Notes: generated from the sequence alone by a model not told the origin. A stretch of 64,000 nucleotides of DNA from Eledone cirrhosa (GCA_964016885.1 OZ024750.1:33914001-33978000); one strand, 5' to 3'. Positions 1-13,482 are shown, counted from the first letter of the stretch. Translations and numbers: made by a program.

Positions 1-453
1 TTACTGTAACACAGTTATATTAAGTCCAGGACATGTAACTATGTTTACTGTAACACAGTTATATAAAGTACAAGACATGTAGATATATTTACTGTAAGAA
101 CATGCAGCTAACTTTAATATAAGAACAATATATAATTAAAGTAATAGACACATAGCTATGTTTAAAATGATGACTAATGATAATTTCTGATTGGCATGTG
201 ATAATTAATTACTTTCAGAAAAGCTGTCCCAAAACAGGTCATATGAATATGTAAATTTAATGTGTACTACTACATTTTATCTATTTCCTTAATTCTCCTA
301 CATCTTGTCCAAATTTAATTGTAATGGTGAGAAAATATCATGAGATATTTTTAACTGTCACTCCTCTCTGAATATACAGACATGTTCTTGATTCTCGAAC
401 AGGAGAAATAAGGGATGCAATATTCATAACTTTACAAAAGATATTAATGAACT

Positions 454-612
454 TTAACCCTTTAGCATTTAAACCTGTTGTATCCGGCCAGAATTCTCTC
501 ACCTCTTTCTATTCAAACCGACTGTAACCGGCTGTTCATACTTATGTTAAGGTACTGTTCTCAAAATAAATAATATCAAAATCTCATAGATTCGATATTA
601 TGTGAGATAAAC
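454..612. mobile_element. piggyBac-type MITE family A, truncated copy
   Basis: Starts TTAA-CCCTTTAGCATT; interior matches the full copies (e.g. 30939-31166); the other end is missing. Confidence 0.75.
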
Positions 613-774
613 TTACAATTGTGCTGCGAGAATAAAGTTTATAGAAAATGTAGCATGCTCAGGGGCAGAAAATAACTAAGTATAGTCAGTGGTTATAAAA
701 TAGGGAACGGTAGGGTAAAGACCCTTAGAGATAGAAAAAGAAGTTGCCAGCCAGCATTGTTGTTTTTTATTAAC

Positions 775-853
775 TATATATATATGTGTGTGTGTGTATA
801 TATAATATATATATATATATATAATATATATATATATATATGTGCACGTGTGC

Positions 854-902
<49 letters not shown>

Positions 903-1057
903 TGTTAGGAAGGGCATCCAGCCATAGAAAACCTGCCAGATAGTCCTATATGAGTGAGACACGGTCACCCGACCAACCTTGCCTCAAGTGGGACAACTCC
1001 CGTCTAACCCATGCTAGCGTGGAAGATGGACATTAAATGAAGATGATGATGATGATG

Positions 1058-1102
<45 letters not shown>

Positions 1103-1125
1103 CATATATATATATATATACACCG
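775..1125 (+). repeat. (TA)n/(TG)n microsatellites with an embedded RTE 3'-UTR tail (about 900-1058) ending in (GAT)n
   Basis: ggtgttaggaagggcatccagcc...cccatgctagcgtggaagatggacattaaatgaagatgatgat matches the 3' end of the RTE at 10890-11045. Confidence 0.75.
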
Positions 1126-1640
1126 TATATATTTGTTTCTGAGGAAGACGGTGAGATTGATCAGGGATTTCAGGACTAGAAACAGGTAACAATGTAATCA
1201 CTACCTGCTAGTTAATATATCGATCTACCATGATCAATCAACCTTCTGACACAATCATAAAGCAATGAACTAATTAACTACCTATCTCTGACTTTTGTTT
1301 TATTTTCATTGTTCTATACACACACACACACATACACACATGCACACATATATGTGTGTGGGTGTGTATTTGGGTATGTGTGTGTATGTGTGTGTATGTG
1401 TGTGTGTGTGTGTGTATGGATATATAAAGTCAAGAAAAACAATGACATAAGGGAATGATATAATAGAAGGACCCTTAAGTCCTGTGAGATGACCTCCATG
1501 ACCTCCATGCTGTAAAGTGGCTGATGGTAGGAAGAGCACCTAGCCAGAAAAAAAAACTTGCCAGCTTATGATGATGATTATCATGAATAATGGTATAATT
1601 ACATATTAGTTTGACAACCCTTGATAGTATTGGAAAATAG

Positions 1641-1678
1641 TCTTAATGTTTCAGATGATAGTCCTTCATCGGAAGATA
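1641..1678 (-). ncRNA. degenerate minimal hammerhead-like motif (Penelope-like pLTR remnant)
   Basis: Minus strand TCTT-CCGATGA-AGGACTATCATCT-GAAA-CATT-AAGA; stem I TCTT/AAGA, core mutated (CCGATGA). Confidence 0.4.
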
Positions 1679-2192
1679 GAAACAGAGCGAAGAGAAAGAA
1701 AAGGAAAACAGGCAAGAGTGATGAAGAAGAAAACAGGGAAAAAGAAAAAGAGCAAGCATATGTTATTGTTGTCAACTGCACCAAACAAGAAAAATTATTT
1801 CATAAATTCATGGAATTACATGTTTTAAAATATATATTTACTGATCATTTTCAACAAAAATATATTCACAGCTTTTGTTTTTTTCTTTAAACTAAACTGA
1901 TACAATAAAAGCCACACAATGAAAGGGAAATATTTATGATACCACAGAGCTTAAATATTATATAGTATCTTTTTCACAAATAGATCAGTAGACATTTTCA
2001 ATAATATTCCCCAAAGCAAAGTTTTAGCACCAAAGCCTAGCAAGTTTTTGTAAACAACTGGAATCAGAGCGAATTATCAAATTGTTTTCGATATATTTAT
2101 AGGACAAACTCTTATAAAGTTATAGAATTGGTTGTAGCCTCTTCAAATAATTGCATTCTTTGCCATTTCCACATAACAATAATTTATTTTTC

Positions 2193-2600
2193 AGTGCTAT
2201 GCTGCATGGCTGTGAAACATGGGCAGTAACTGCAGAGGATGTGTGAAGGTTGGAGAGAAATGAAGCAAGCGTGCTTTAATAGATGAGCAATGTTAATGTA
2301 AGAGAACAACAGAGCTTCAATGAACTGAGAGAAAGTCTGAGTATAAGAGGGCTCAGATATAGCATGCAAGAGAGCAGACTACATTGGTATGAACATGTGA
2401 TACACATGAATGGTGATTGCTGGGTGAAGAAGTGCCAAGAAATCCCAGTGGAAGGAAGCCACAGAAACAGTAGACCAAGAAATACCTGGGAAAGGGTGGT
2501 GAGAGCTGGTTTCAAGTCACTGAAACTCAGAGATGATGAAGGATTGCGACATGTGGAGAGATGCTGTGCTAAAAAAGACTGTGCATGCAAGTACTGCAGT
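2193..2600 (+). mobile_element. RTE LINE ORF 3' fragment, decayed
   Basis: MLHGCETWAVTAED..., RLHWYEHVIHMNGDCWVKKCQEIPVEG..RPRNTW; homologous to the C-terminus of ORF 9563-10645. Confidence 0.85.
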
Positions 2601-3017
2601 GTCATGGATGCCAGAGAAGGGGAAACAGAAGATGGAAACAGAGGGGCTAAACCAGGTATATCTGGTGTTGGACATTATAGAAGGGCCTCAGACATACATG
2701 AATTAGGTGGACAGGTTAGGCTGACCCAGGTGTACACCTGATACTGGACATCGTAAGAGAACCTCAGACATACAGGAATTAAGTGGACAGGTGCATTGTC
2801 AGTGATTGTCAGTGCTGGTGGAAGCTTGCTACCGTGTGCACCTTAAGGTGCAGCAAGATGTAAAACTGAGAGAAAGAATAAATGTAAAGTCAGATGCAAG
2901 CAGAATTTAAATCTAGGATTGGGTAACATTGTACAAGATATAAAACTATCAATTTTAGAGTTCTGCTGATTCAGCAATAAGTTTTAAAAAAAAGAAAATA
3001 GAAAGAGTATTCTTCAG

Positions 3018-3241
3018 ATAACCCTTTTAACACCATCACACACAAAACCAGTTCTACTTCTAGAAAACAAAACCACCTATTTGAGAGTGTTCCTATTTCA
3101 ATTAAAATCTTTCAGCATAATTTGATATAGAATACATAATTAATTAAATAATTTTATAATTTTAGTAAATCCTTCAAAATTCTACATTAATTGTTTGAAC
3201 TACAGTGTAATTCAATAGAAATACGATCACAAAAGTATTAA
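3018..3241. mobile_element. piggyBac-type MITE family B, decayed
   Basis: (T)AA-CCCTTTT start; interior ttcctatttcaattaaaatc...ttttagtaaatccttc shared with 13510-13746. Confidence 0.55.
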
Positions 3242-3624
3242 GATGTACCTCAAGAGAAAATGCACTAATCATGTTTTCTGCATCACAATTTAATGATAAA
3301 CAAACCAAAGTTAACTTTATTTTTTTTCAGAAAAATAAAAGCATAAAGTTTTTTCTCTTAGTCCAGTCTAGAATTGCTGTAACAGCAATAAGTGTGTTAA
3401 TCAGAAAAATAAAATAATTGATTAATCAATAGTCTTTGTCATTTCCTTGCTTTATCTTACAAACCAATAGTCTGTACAAATATTGACTAAATATAATGGA
3501 AGTGAAACTTAACTGATTTCGTTTGGGTTGGGGAGGGGGTTCTTCTGTTTTTCTGTTCTAATTATATTGATATATCTTAAAACAATAAAACAATGTGTCT
3601 ATACTTTATATATTTAGAATGTAT

Positions 3625-4008
3625 GGTGTTTGATATAGGCACAAGGCCAGCAATTTTGGGGGAGGGAGGGAAAAGGTGATTAAATTGACCCCCAGTGTGT
3701 GATTCGTACTTTATGTTATCTACCTCGTAAAGATGAAAGGCAAATCTAACCTCGGCAGTATTTGAATTCAGATCGTAAAGGGCCATACTCTATGCTGCAA
3801 AGCATGGTGTCTGACGCTCTACCAATACTGCCACATATAATAATTCTTTCTACTTTAGGCACAAGGCCAGCAATTTTGTGGGAGGGGAAAGTCAATTAAA
3901 TCGGCCCCAGTGCATTACTGGTACTTTATTTTATCGACTTCATAAGGATGAAAGGCAAAGCTAACCTCGGCAAGATTTGAACTTAGATCGTAAAAGGCCG
4001 TAACTCTA
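3625..4008 (-). mobile_element. two adjacent Meta-domain tRNA-SINE copies
   Basis: ggcacaaggccagcaatt...ggatgaaaggcaaag..aacctcggc..gatttgaac (B-box GTTCAAATC on minus) in both copies. Confidence 0.8.
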
Positions 4009-4108
4009 TATATTTAGAATATATAAAAAGGGTTCAGGAGTAATTTTAAAACAGTTATATATGTGTGTATTTCAATATAGATGAAAACAATTAAATATAC
4101 TTGATTAT

Positions 4109-4638
4109 TTAATCCTTTAGCATTTGAACCAGCCATAACCGGCTGCCCATACTGATGTTAAGGTATTGTTCTCAAATTAAATAATGTCAAAATCTCATAG
4201 ATTCAATATCATGTGAGATAATTATATGACATAAAGCCTTGACCGTGAAAATATAATAGTAAATATAGAGTAATATAAAGACCCCCTTCGGTCACAAATA
4301 ACCATGAGATTTGTAAATAGAAAGTTCCCCTCCGAGGCACAAGTCCAGGCAAGGTTGTTTGATGAAGACCAGCAGTCAACCATGCATACCAGCCTCGCCT
4401 CTCCATGTCATTACCTATTTTGTCCAAGGGAAAGGCAATGGCCGATAAAGCTTGGCACTTGTGATGTAGCAACTTATTTCTACAGCTGAGTAAACTGGAG
4501 CAACTTGAAATAAAGTGTCTTGCTCAAGGACATAACGGATCACCCAGTTCAAGAATTGAACTCACAGACTCCCGATTCAAAGCCCGATGCTCTAACCACG
4601 AAGCCATGTGCTTAGTAATGTAAATACTAAAGGGTTAA
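4109..4638. mobile_element. piggyBac MITE A containing a nested CORE-SINE
   Basis: TTAA-TCCTTTAGCATT ... AATACTAAAGGG-TTAA; SINE insertion flanked by the duplication AGTAAT (4269-4274 and 4614-4619). Confidence 0.8.
4275..4613 (-). mobile_element. CORE-type tRNA-SINE, full length
   Basis: Minus-strand tRNA head (tggcttcgtggttagag...gagttcaattc), CORE-like tccttgagcaagacactttatttc and a distinct 3' tail. Confidence 0.8.
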
Positions 4639-5074
4639 TCCTATTTTTATACATTTAAGGAAGAAAAACAAAAGAAGGAACATTAGTTTATAAAACCTGA
4701 TAAATGTTCCAGATAAAGAGCTGAAGTAAGATGAAATAATGTGATTTGTACCGGGGTCTGTATCAATAGATTGGGCTTTTCCCAGGTAAAAAGGTAAAGA
4801 GTTGTTAAATACTAATGGGGTTAGGGTATCTTGGGTGTGGTAAACCAGGCTGAGCTCATTCCTCTCCAGATTGGAACACAGATAATTTCTTCAAGAGGGG
4901 GAGAGAGCGATAAATAGAGAGAGAGTATGTGTGTGTGTGTGATTTGTGAGAGAGAGAATGAGTGTGTGTGTGCATGAGAGAGAATGAGTGTGTATGTGAG
5001 AGAGAGAGAGTGAGTGCATAATGAGAGAGAGAGGGAGAGAGCGAGTTCATATGAGAGAGATAGTGAGTGAGAGA

Positions 5075-5545
5075 GTGGTATTCAAAAGGCTGAAAAGTAA
5101 AGTTGACCTTGGCAGGATTTGAACTGAGAGTGCAGTGAACCAGGACACATACTGATATCATTAAATCTGATACCTCTAGCAATTCTGACAATGCTCTGGT
5201 ACCTTTAGCTATTTTGACAATTCTCTGGTACTTCTAGCAATTCTGACAATTCTCTGGTACCTCTAACAATTCTGATAATCCTTTGGTACCTCTAGCTATT
5301 CTGACAATTCTCTGGTACTTCTAGCAATTCTGACAATTCTCTGGTACCTCTAACAATTCTGATAATTCTTTGGTACCTCTAGTTATTCTGACAATTCTCT
5401 GGTACTTCTAGCAATTCTGACAATTCTCTGGTACCTCTAACAATTCTGATCATTCTTTGGTACCTCTAGCTATTCTGACAATTCTCTGGTACCTCTAGCT
5501 ATTATGACAATTCTCTGGTACCTCTAGCAACTCTGACAATTCTAT
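5075..5545 (-). repeat. decayed Meta SINE whose head is amplified as a 29-bp minisatellite (about 12 units, 87-bp higher-order period)
   Basis: Unit tggtacctctagcaattctgacaattctc at 5197, 5226, 5255, 5284...; variants recur every third unit. Confidence 0.85.
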
Positions 5546-5744
5546 AGATGTTCAGCGAGTCACTGAGGTGCCACTACAGATGTTCTGGTGCAGCCAGTAA
5601 CTGGGGTGCCACTATAGACATTTGACAATCAAGTTCCAATCTAATGCAGCCAAATTGTCTAGAACCCACTCTACTACTGGGATGTCGTTCTCACATCTGT
5701 CTGTGTATGTGTCCATCATGACATTCCAGTGGGCCTCAGAAATA

Positions 5745-5906
5745 CAGGTAAAATTCCGTTATAACAAATTTTTCAGTATAACAAAAAAGTGTTCAATCCC
5801 CGGCCACACGCTCGATGTGTTAGGTTGATCTCATTATAAAGAATTTTTTGTTACAACAAATTTTTTTTTAATATCCCGTGAATTTCATTATAACAGAATT
5901 TCACTG
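5745..5906. mobile_element. pogo/Tigger-like (Tc1/mariner superfamily) MITE
   Basis: TA-CAGGTAAAATTCCGTTATAAC ... ATTATAACAGAATTTCACTG-TA: imperfect TIRs with TA on both sides. Confidence 0.7.
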
Positions 5907-6406
5907 TACTTGGTAAGCATCACTGATCTCAACACTCTACAACAGTCTACAACACTCTACAACATATCAAATCAGTTTCTTATTGCTGGCTTCAAACGTA
6001 AAACCATGTTAATTAAGTATTTGGAGACTGTTCCTTTTATAAAGCATAGCAACAGAATAGAGAATATTTTAGCAATATAGTAACTATAAATAATTAGATG
6101 TATAGAAAAATGTCAGCAAATAAATCTATCATATTAAAAGAACATTCTGGAGTCAACTGACCTTTGTCTCATGACTCACTTTGTCAGCAAACAGAAATAC
6201 AATAATTCATAAACAACCAGTTTTCAAATAAACTGATAAAAACAAAAATATATAAAAATATAAAAAAATATAACAAACTCTAACAAATATTAATTATTTC
6301 TATTCAAGATATGTTAAAGAAAATATTAACTAATTTAAATATATATGAATAGTTAAGTAAAAAATAAAACAAATAAAAATCTATGCATATGTTATGATTC
6401 TAACAG

Positions 6407-7322
<916 letters not shown>

Positions 7323-7325
<3 letters not shown>

Positions 7326-7630
7326 AGAAGTTATATTTAATTTGTTGGGATTCCAACAAACTTAAAAGTTTACAACTGATTATAGAGCACCCAACAGTTT
7401 ACTGCAGTAAATATTCAATATATTAATAAATGGAAACTATATTTATAAAAACCGTAATTATTTTATTATATATATTTCAAGGGCGACCTCCATGGTTATG
7501 TCACTATTTATAAAACAAATTTTGTATTTTATCTGATGAAAGCGAACAAAGATTGGCTTGGTTGACCTTGAAATATATATAATATAATAATTATGGTTTT
7601 AATAAATATAGTTTCCATTTATTTAATATC
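7323..7630. mobile_element. hammerhead-bearing Penelope-like/retrozyme element, fold-back arrangement
   Basis: Family tail (gttgggattccaac...ctgattatagagcac...aaatggaaactatatttataaaa) at 7323-7485 and an inverted copy at about 7500-7628; flanked by (TA)n. Confidence 0.7.
7525..7589 (+). ncRNA. type I hammerhead ribozyme, stem II degenerate
   Basis: TATTTTAT-CTGATGA-[AAG..AACAAAG/CTTGGTT..CTT]-GAAA-TATATA-TA-ATATAATA. Confidence 0.55.
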
Positions 7631-7633
7631 ATG

Positions 7634-8286
<653 letters not shown>

Positions 8287-8816
8287 TCATCATCATCATC
8301 ATTTAACGTCCATCTGCCACGCTTGCATGGGTTTGGACGGGAGTTTTCCCACTTGAGGCAAGAGTGGTTGTCTTGCTCGCATAGGAGTGTCTGGCGGGTT
8401 TTCTACAGCTGGATGCCCTTCCTAAAACCAACCACATTTACAGTGTGGACTGGGAGGTTTTTACCGTGTTACCTACACGGCCACATTACAGTGTGGACTG
8501 TGTGTTCTTTTGTCGTGACACCTACACGACCTCATTTGTTTCGGACTGGATGTTGTGGTACCAACATAACTTTACATTGAAAGGGGTGGTGTAGATGGGG
8601 TGGGGGTAGTGGGACGGGGGTGTATTTTGTTAGAGGTGCCTTCTGACTGTAGTAGGTTTCACTTTGTACTTAGGTAAGGCAGGTCTTCTGTATTACTGTG
8701 TAGCGCCAAAGATCTCGGTCCAGTGACATTGTCTTGGAGAGGTGTAAGTTTGTGAGGTCGGAAATTATCAAGTCGTCCCAGGTTTTTCTGGGTCTGCCTA
8801 CTCCGTGACTAGCGTC
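8287..8816 (-). mobile_element. RTE LINE subfamily A 3' end (ORF end, 3'UTR and (GAT)n tail)
   Basis: Reverse-complement homolog of 10500-11045. Confidence 0.9.
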
Positions 8817-8835
8817 ATATGTATATATGTATATA

Positions 8836-9444
8836 TGGTGGCTGCCAACTCGTTTTCAAGTACGGCCACTACTTTATATCCATGTAGGAGAACCCCTACC
8901 GATGCACTGAAGGAGTGTGACTTTTTAGTCCAGCCAGCGACTTGAAAACTCTGGTACAAACACTACACTTGTGACAATTATTGACACATAGTGCTGGGCC
9001 CATGGTACCATGTGACGACAAGTGCAGAGAGATCTCCAGATATAAAGCAATGCCTGTGCCGTGAAGCTTTTATAGTGAGCAAAGGCACTGCACAAAGCCA
9101 GTCCCACTCTCTTAACCAAGATGATATTTACCAAAAAGAAGAACAAGTCAACATCAGTGGATACCATCAGGGTTGCAGGTGTTATATCAGAGTTTTCCTT
9201 CTCCTAGAATTCTGCCTTGACAAAGGCTAAGGAGTCATCTCTCCCGGTGATTTTGGATGGTCATTGACTCTTAAGAGCTCCTTTGCCCTTTGACAGGTTT
9301 TGTTTTTAGTCCTGCAGGATGTCCAAAGTCACCCTCCTCACCAAGAAACCTTGGTGGGGTTGCCAGTTTAGTCGCCAACGACCCGACCATGAGACAGGTT
9401 GTACTGGGATACATGTTACCAGTAGCACCAACTGGTGACCTGAC
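8836..9444 (-). mobile_element. RTE-type 5'-UTR-like fragment
   Basis: GC-balanced insert in (TA)n; minus-strand ctaggagaaggaaaactctg and ggtcgggtcgttggcgactaaactgg motifs resemble RTE 5' regions. Confidence 0.5.
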
Positions 9445-9483
9445 ATGTGTATATACATGTATATATATAAATATATATGTATA

Positions 9484-9515
<32 letters not shown>

Positions 9516-9629
9516 AATATTTACATGTATATATATATATATAAATATATACATACATATATATGTGTATATATATATATAAGTATATATATATATGTAT
9601 ATATATATATGTATATAAGTATATATTTA

Positions 9630-11045
9630 TTATTGCCCTTCAGGCTATAACAGAGGAGTTCAAGACCGGCTGCCCATGGGAACTCCTATACGCAGACGAC
9701 CTGACACTCATAGCGGAATCAATGGCCGAGCTAGAGAAGAAATTCCAAACATGGAAGCACGGCCTAGAGTCAAAAGGACTTAAAATTAACCTGGCTAAGA
9801 CCAAAGTACTAGTTTGTAGGAAAGAAAACAAGGCGGCGGTCCCTTCTGGGAAATGGTCGTGCTCGGTGTGTAGGAAAGGCGTAGGTAGAAACTCCATTTT
9901 ATGTCCTAAATGCAAAGTATGGGTGCATAAAAGATGTAGTGGGATCACAGGTAAGCTAACTAAGAACATAGATTTTACATGTGGCCGGTGCTCTGGTGCA
10001 ATAAGTAGCAGCAAGTGCCCACAAAATACTAGCTCTTTCAATTGCGCAGAGGGTTCTATAGAAATAGTGGACAGCTTCCGTTACTTGGGCGATAAAATCA
10101 GCAGTGGGGGAGGGTGCTCTGAAAGTACTGTAGCTAGAGTCAGAACTGGTTGGAAAAAGTTCAGAGAGCTTATACCACTATTAGCTGCTAAAGGGTTCTC
10201 ACTAAAAATGAAAGGCAGGTTGTACGATGCCTGCATACGAACAGCAATGCTGCATGGCAGTGAGACCTGGGCATTGTGTGCAGAGGATATACGCAGACTA
10301 GAGAGGAACGAAGCTTGCATGCTCCGCTGGATGTGTAACAGTAATATACGTGAACGGCAAAGCATAAACGAACTAAGGAAAAAATTAGAGATAAGAGGGA
10401 TCAGATGTTGTTTACTCGAGAGAAGGCTACGTTGGTATGGACACGTGATGCGCATGAAAGTCGATAGCTGTATAACAAAGTGCAGGGCAATAAAGATAGA
10501 CGGTAGTCACGGAATAGGCAGACCTAGAAAAACCTGGGACGAGCTGATAAACTCCGACATCACACACTTACACCTCTCCAAGACAATGTCACTGGACCGA
10601 GACCTTTGGCGGTACTCAGTAACAGAGAAGACCCGCCTTACCTAAATATATAGTAAAACCTACTCCAGCCAGTAGGCATCTCTAACAAAATACACCCCGT
10701 CCCACCACCACCATCCCCACCCCATCCACACCACCCCGTTCTATGTAAAGTTATGTTGGTGCCGCGCCATCGAGGCCAAAACAAATGAGATCGTGTAGGT
10801 GTCACGACAAAAAAACACACAGTCCACGCTGTAATGTGGCCGTGTAGGCAACACGGTAAAAACCTCCCAGACCCACACTGTAAATGTGGTTGGTGTTAGG
10901 AAGGGCATCCAACTGTAGAAAACCTGCCAGACAGTCCTATGCGAGCAAGACAATCACTCTTGCCTCAAGTGGGACTACCCCCGTCCAAACCCATGCAAGC
11001 GTGGAACACGGACGTTAAACGTTGATGATGATGATGATGATGATA
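9630..11045 (+). mobile_element. RTE LINE subfamily A, 5'-truncated, uninterrupted ORF remnant (RT C-half, PHD-like finger, C-terminus), 3'UTR and (GAT)n tail
   Basis: ORF 9563-10645: ELLYADDL RT motif, KTKV, C4HC3 finger, FRYLG, LHGSETW, RRLRWYGHV, GRPRKTW. Confidence 0.95.
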
Positions 11046-11154
11046 TATAAATATATACATGTATCACTTTTGAGCTGACTTTTGGAATGCTCCCATACAG
11101 CTCTGAGTTTTTCATCCTCAGTGTATACTGATTAATGTTCAGAGCCATCCTCAG

Positions 11155-11257
11155 CATATATATATAAATATATAGATATATATATACATATATATACATA
11201 TACATATATATACATATATAAATATACATATATATATATATACATATATATATACAT

Positions 11258-11288
<31 letters not shown>

Positions 11289-11291
11289 CAT

Positions 11292-11330
<39 letters not shown>

Positions 11331-11605
11331 CATACATATATATATATACATATATATATACATATATATATACATATATATATATACATATATATATATA
11401 TACATATATATATACATATATATATACATATATATATACATATATATATATATACATAGATATACATATATAGATATATATATATCTATATACACATATA
11501 TTATATACATACATATATATACATATATACATATACATATATACATATATATATACATTACATATATATACATATATACATATACATAAATACATATATA
11601 TATAC

Positions 11606-11636
<31 letters not shown>

Positions 11637-11680
11637 AATATATACATATATAGATACACACAGACACATATATATATGTG
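11155..11680. repeat. (TA)n/(TACA)n microsatellite
   Basis: Direct inspection. Confidence 0.95.
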
Positions 11681-11898
11681 TGAAGGCGTGTGGCTGAGTG
11701 GTTAGAGAATTGGATTCGCAATTGTAAGGTTGTGAGTTCAATTCCTAGACCAGGCGATGCGTTATGTCCTTGAGCAAGACACTTTATTTCACGTTGCTCC
11801 TTCTACCTGGAGTTGCGACCGATAGATAGTATTTAGCAATTGGAAAGACCAACGGAAATATTGTTCCCTCGGTCCGATTTGACGAAAGTCGATCGTTC
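11681..11898 (+). mobile_element. CORE-type tRNA-SINE (second tail type)
   Basis: A-box TGGCTGAGTGG, B-box GAGTTCAATTC, CORE-like tccttgagcaagacacttt; same family at 34818-35460 and 54850-55010. Confidence 0.8.
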
Positions 11899-12002
11899 CT
11901 TTATATATATGAAGGCGCATAAATTAATAAAAACAATGAAATAAAAACAAAGAACAGGTTCCTTATATTAAAAAAATCATCATTTTACGATCGTTTCTGG
12001 GA

Positions 12003-12212
12003 TATATATGTGTATGTTGGTATGTATATCACATTAAAGATCTATGTCAAAAAATATTACAAATTATCAGAGGTGATATACATACATTCACTTATATATG
12101 CCATATATAGGTGAAGGCATATATAAGTGAAGTTATGTATATCTTCTCCGATAATTTGTAATATTTTTTGACATAGATCTTTAATATCATATACATACCA
12201 ACACACATATAT
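12003..12212. repeat. about 210-bp imperfect palindrome (about 98-bp arms, about 13-bp spacer)
   Basis: attaaagatctatgtcaaaaaatattacaaattatc / gataatttgtaatattttttgacatagatctttaat; ttcacttatatatgcc / ggcatatataagtgaa. Confidence 0.9.
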
Positions 12213-12221
12213 ACACACATA

Positions 12222-12820
12222 TCATCATCATCATCATCACCGTTTTACGTCCGTTCTTCCACGCTAGCATGGGTTAGACGGGTTGTCCTGTTGTGTGCAG
12301 TGTCTGGTCGGCTGACCATGCCTTGCTCATACAGGAACTGATCTGGCTTGATTTCTACAGCTGGATGCCCTTCCTAACACCAACCTCATTTACAGTGAGT
12401 GCTGGGTGCTTTTTCGTGGCGCCTACATGTCCACTTTACAGTGTGGGCTGGGTGCTTTTTTGCCGTGGCACCTCCACGACCACCTTGCGGTGGGGGGTGT
12501 GGGGGCATATTGTTTATATGCTTCAGCATGTACCCATGGGAGGTCGGGTACTCTCTATTACTGCATGACGCCAGAAGTCACAGTCGTGTCTCATTGTCTT
12601 TGAGAGGTGTAATTGGGTAAGGTCGGCTTTTATCACCTCATCCCAGGTCATCTTGGGTCTCCCCACTCCGCGGTTTCCATCAACTTCTAGTACTCTGCAC
12701 CTTTTTATGCAGCTGTCATCCTTCATACGCATCACATGTCCATACCAGCGCAACCGCCTCTCCTGCACACAGCATTTGATTCCTCTTGTGCTCAGTCTCT
12801 CTCTCAATTCATTTATGCTT
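12222..12820 (-). mobile_element. RTE LINE subfamily B 3' end
   Basis: ORF 12523-12807 RRLRWYGHV..GRPKMTW; near-identical to 43740-44340. Confidence 0.9.
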
Positions 12821-12989
12821 TATATATATATATACATACATATATATATACACATATATATATGTGCGTGTGTGTGTGTATCCCGGGCTCAATCAGGTTT
12901 GACCACAGTAAGTAAGGTACTCAATACATAGTAGAGTATATACAATGTTTAATACAAATTGCTTCTACAGGACTGAATGAAAGAACAAT

Positions 12990-13482
12990 GGTTTCTGACT
13001 TAGGCACAAGGCCAACAATTTTGAGGAGACAGGAAAGTGGAATAAATCTACACTAGTGTATTACTGGTACTCCATCTTATCAACCCCCGTAAGGGTGAAA
13101 GGCAAAGCTAACTTCGGTGGGATTTGAACTCAGAACGTAAAGGGCCATAACTCTATGCCACAAAGCATGGTGTCTGATGCTTTACTCATTCTGCCAATCC
13201 CCCGCTAACAACTTGCCTTAGGTTGAGACCTGACCAGAAGATGAAATACAAAGGAAATCAAACGAAAAATAAAAAATACATATATGATAATAATAATTGT
13301 TTCTACTTTTGGCACAAGGCCATCAATTACCCAGTACATTACTGGTACTTTATTTTATCAACCCCGTAAGGATGAAAGGCAAAGTTAACCTCGGCGGGAT
13401 TTGAACTCAGACCGCAAAGGGACGTAACTATGCTGCAAAGCATGGCATCCGACCCTCTCCCGATACTGCCAATCCACCGCCC
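12990..13482 (-). mobile_element. two Meta-domain SINE copies (about 12990-13205 and 13295-13482)
   Basis: Same family sequence as 21757-21965. Confidence 0.85.

Noticed and set aside
1621-1890. 89-aa charged ORF with an NLS-like KRKKRK
   Set aside because: Purine-rich strand of a repeat carrying a hammerhead-like remnant; no domain or splice support
2670-2792. Diverged direct duplication of about 47 bp
   Set aside because: Ordinary local duplication with no further structure
11681-11760. tRNA genes suggested by A/B boxes
   Set aside because: They are SINE heads fused to CORE/Meta domains, without a complete cloverleaf
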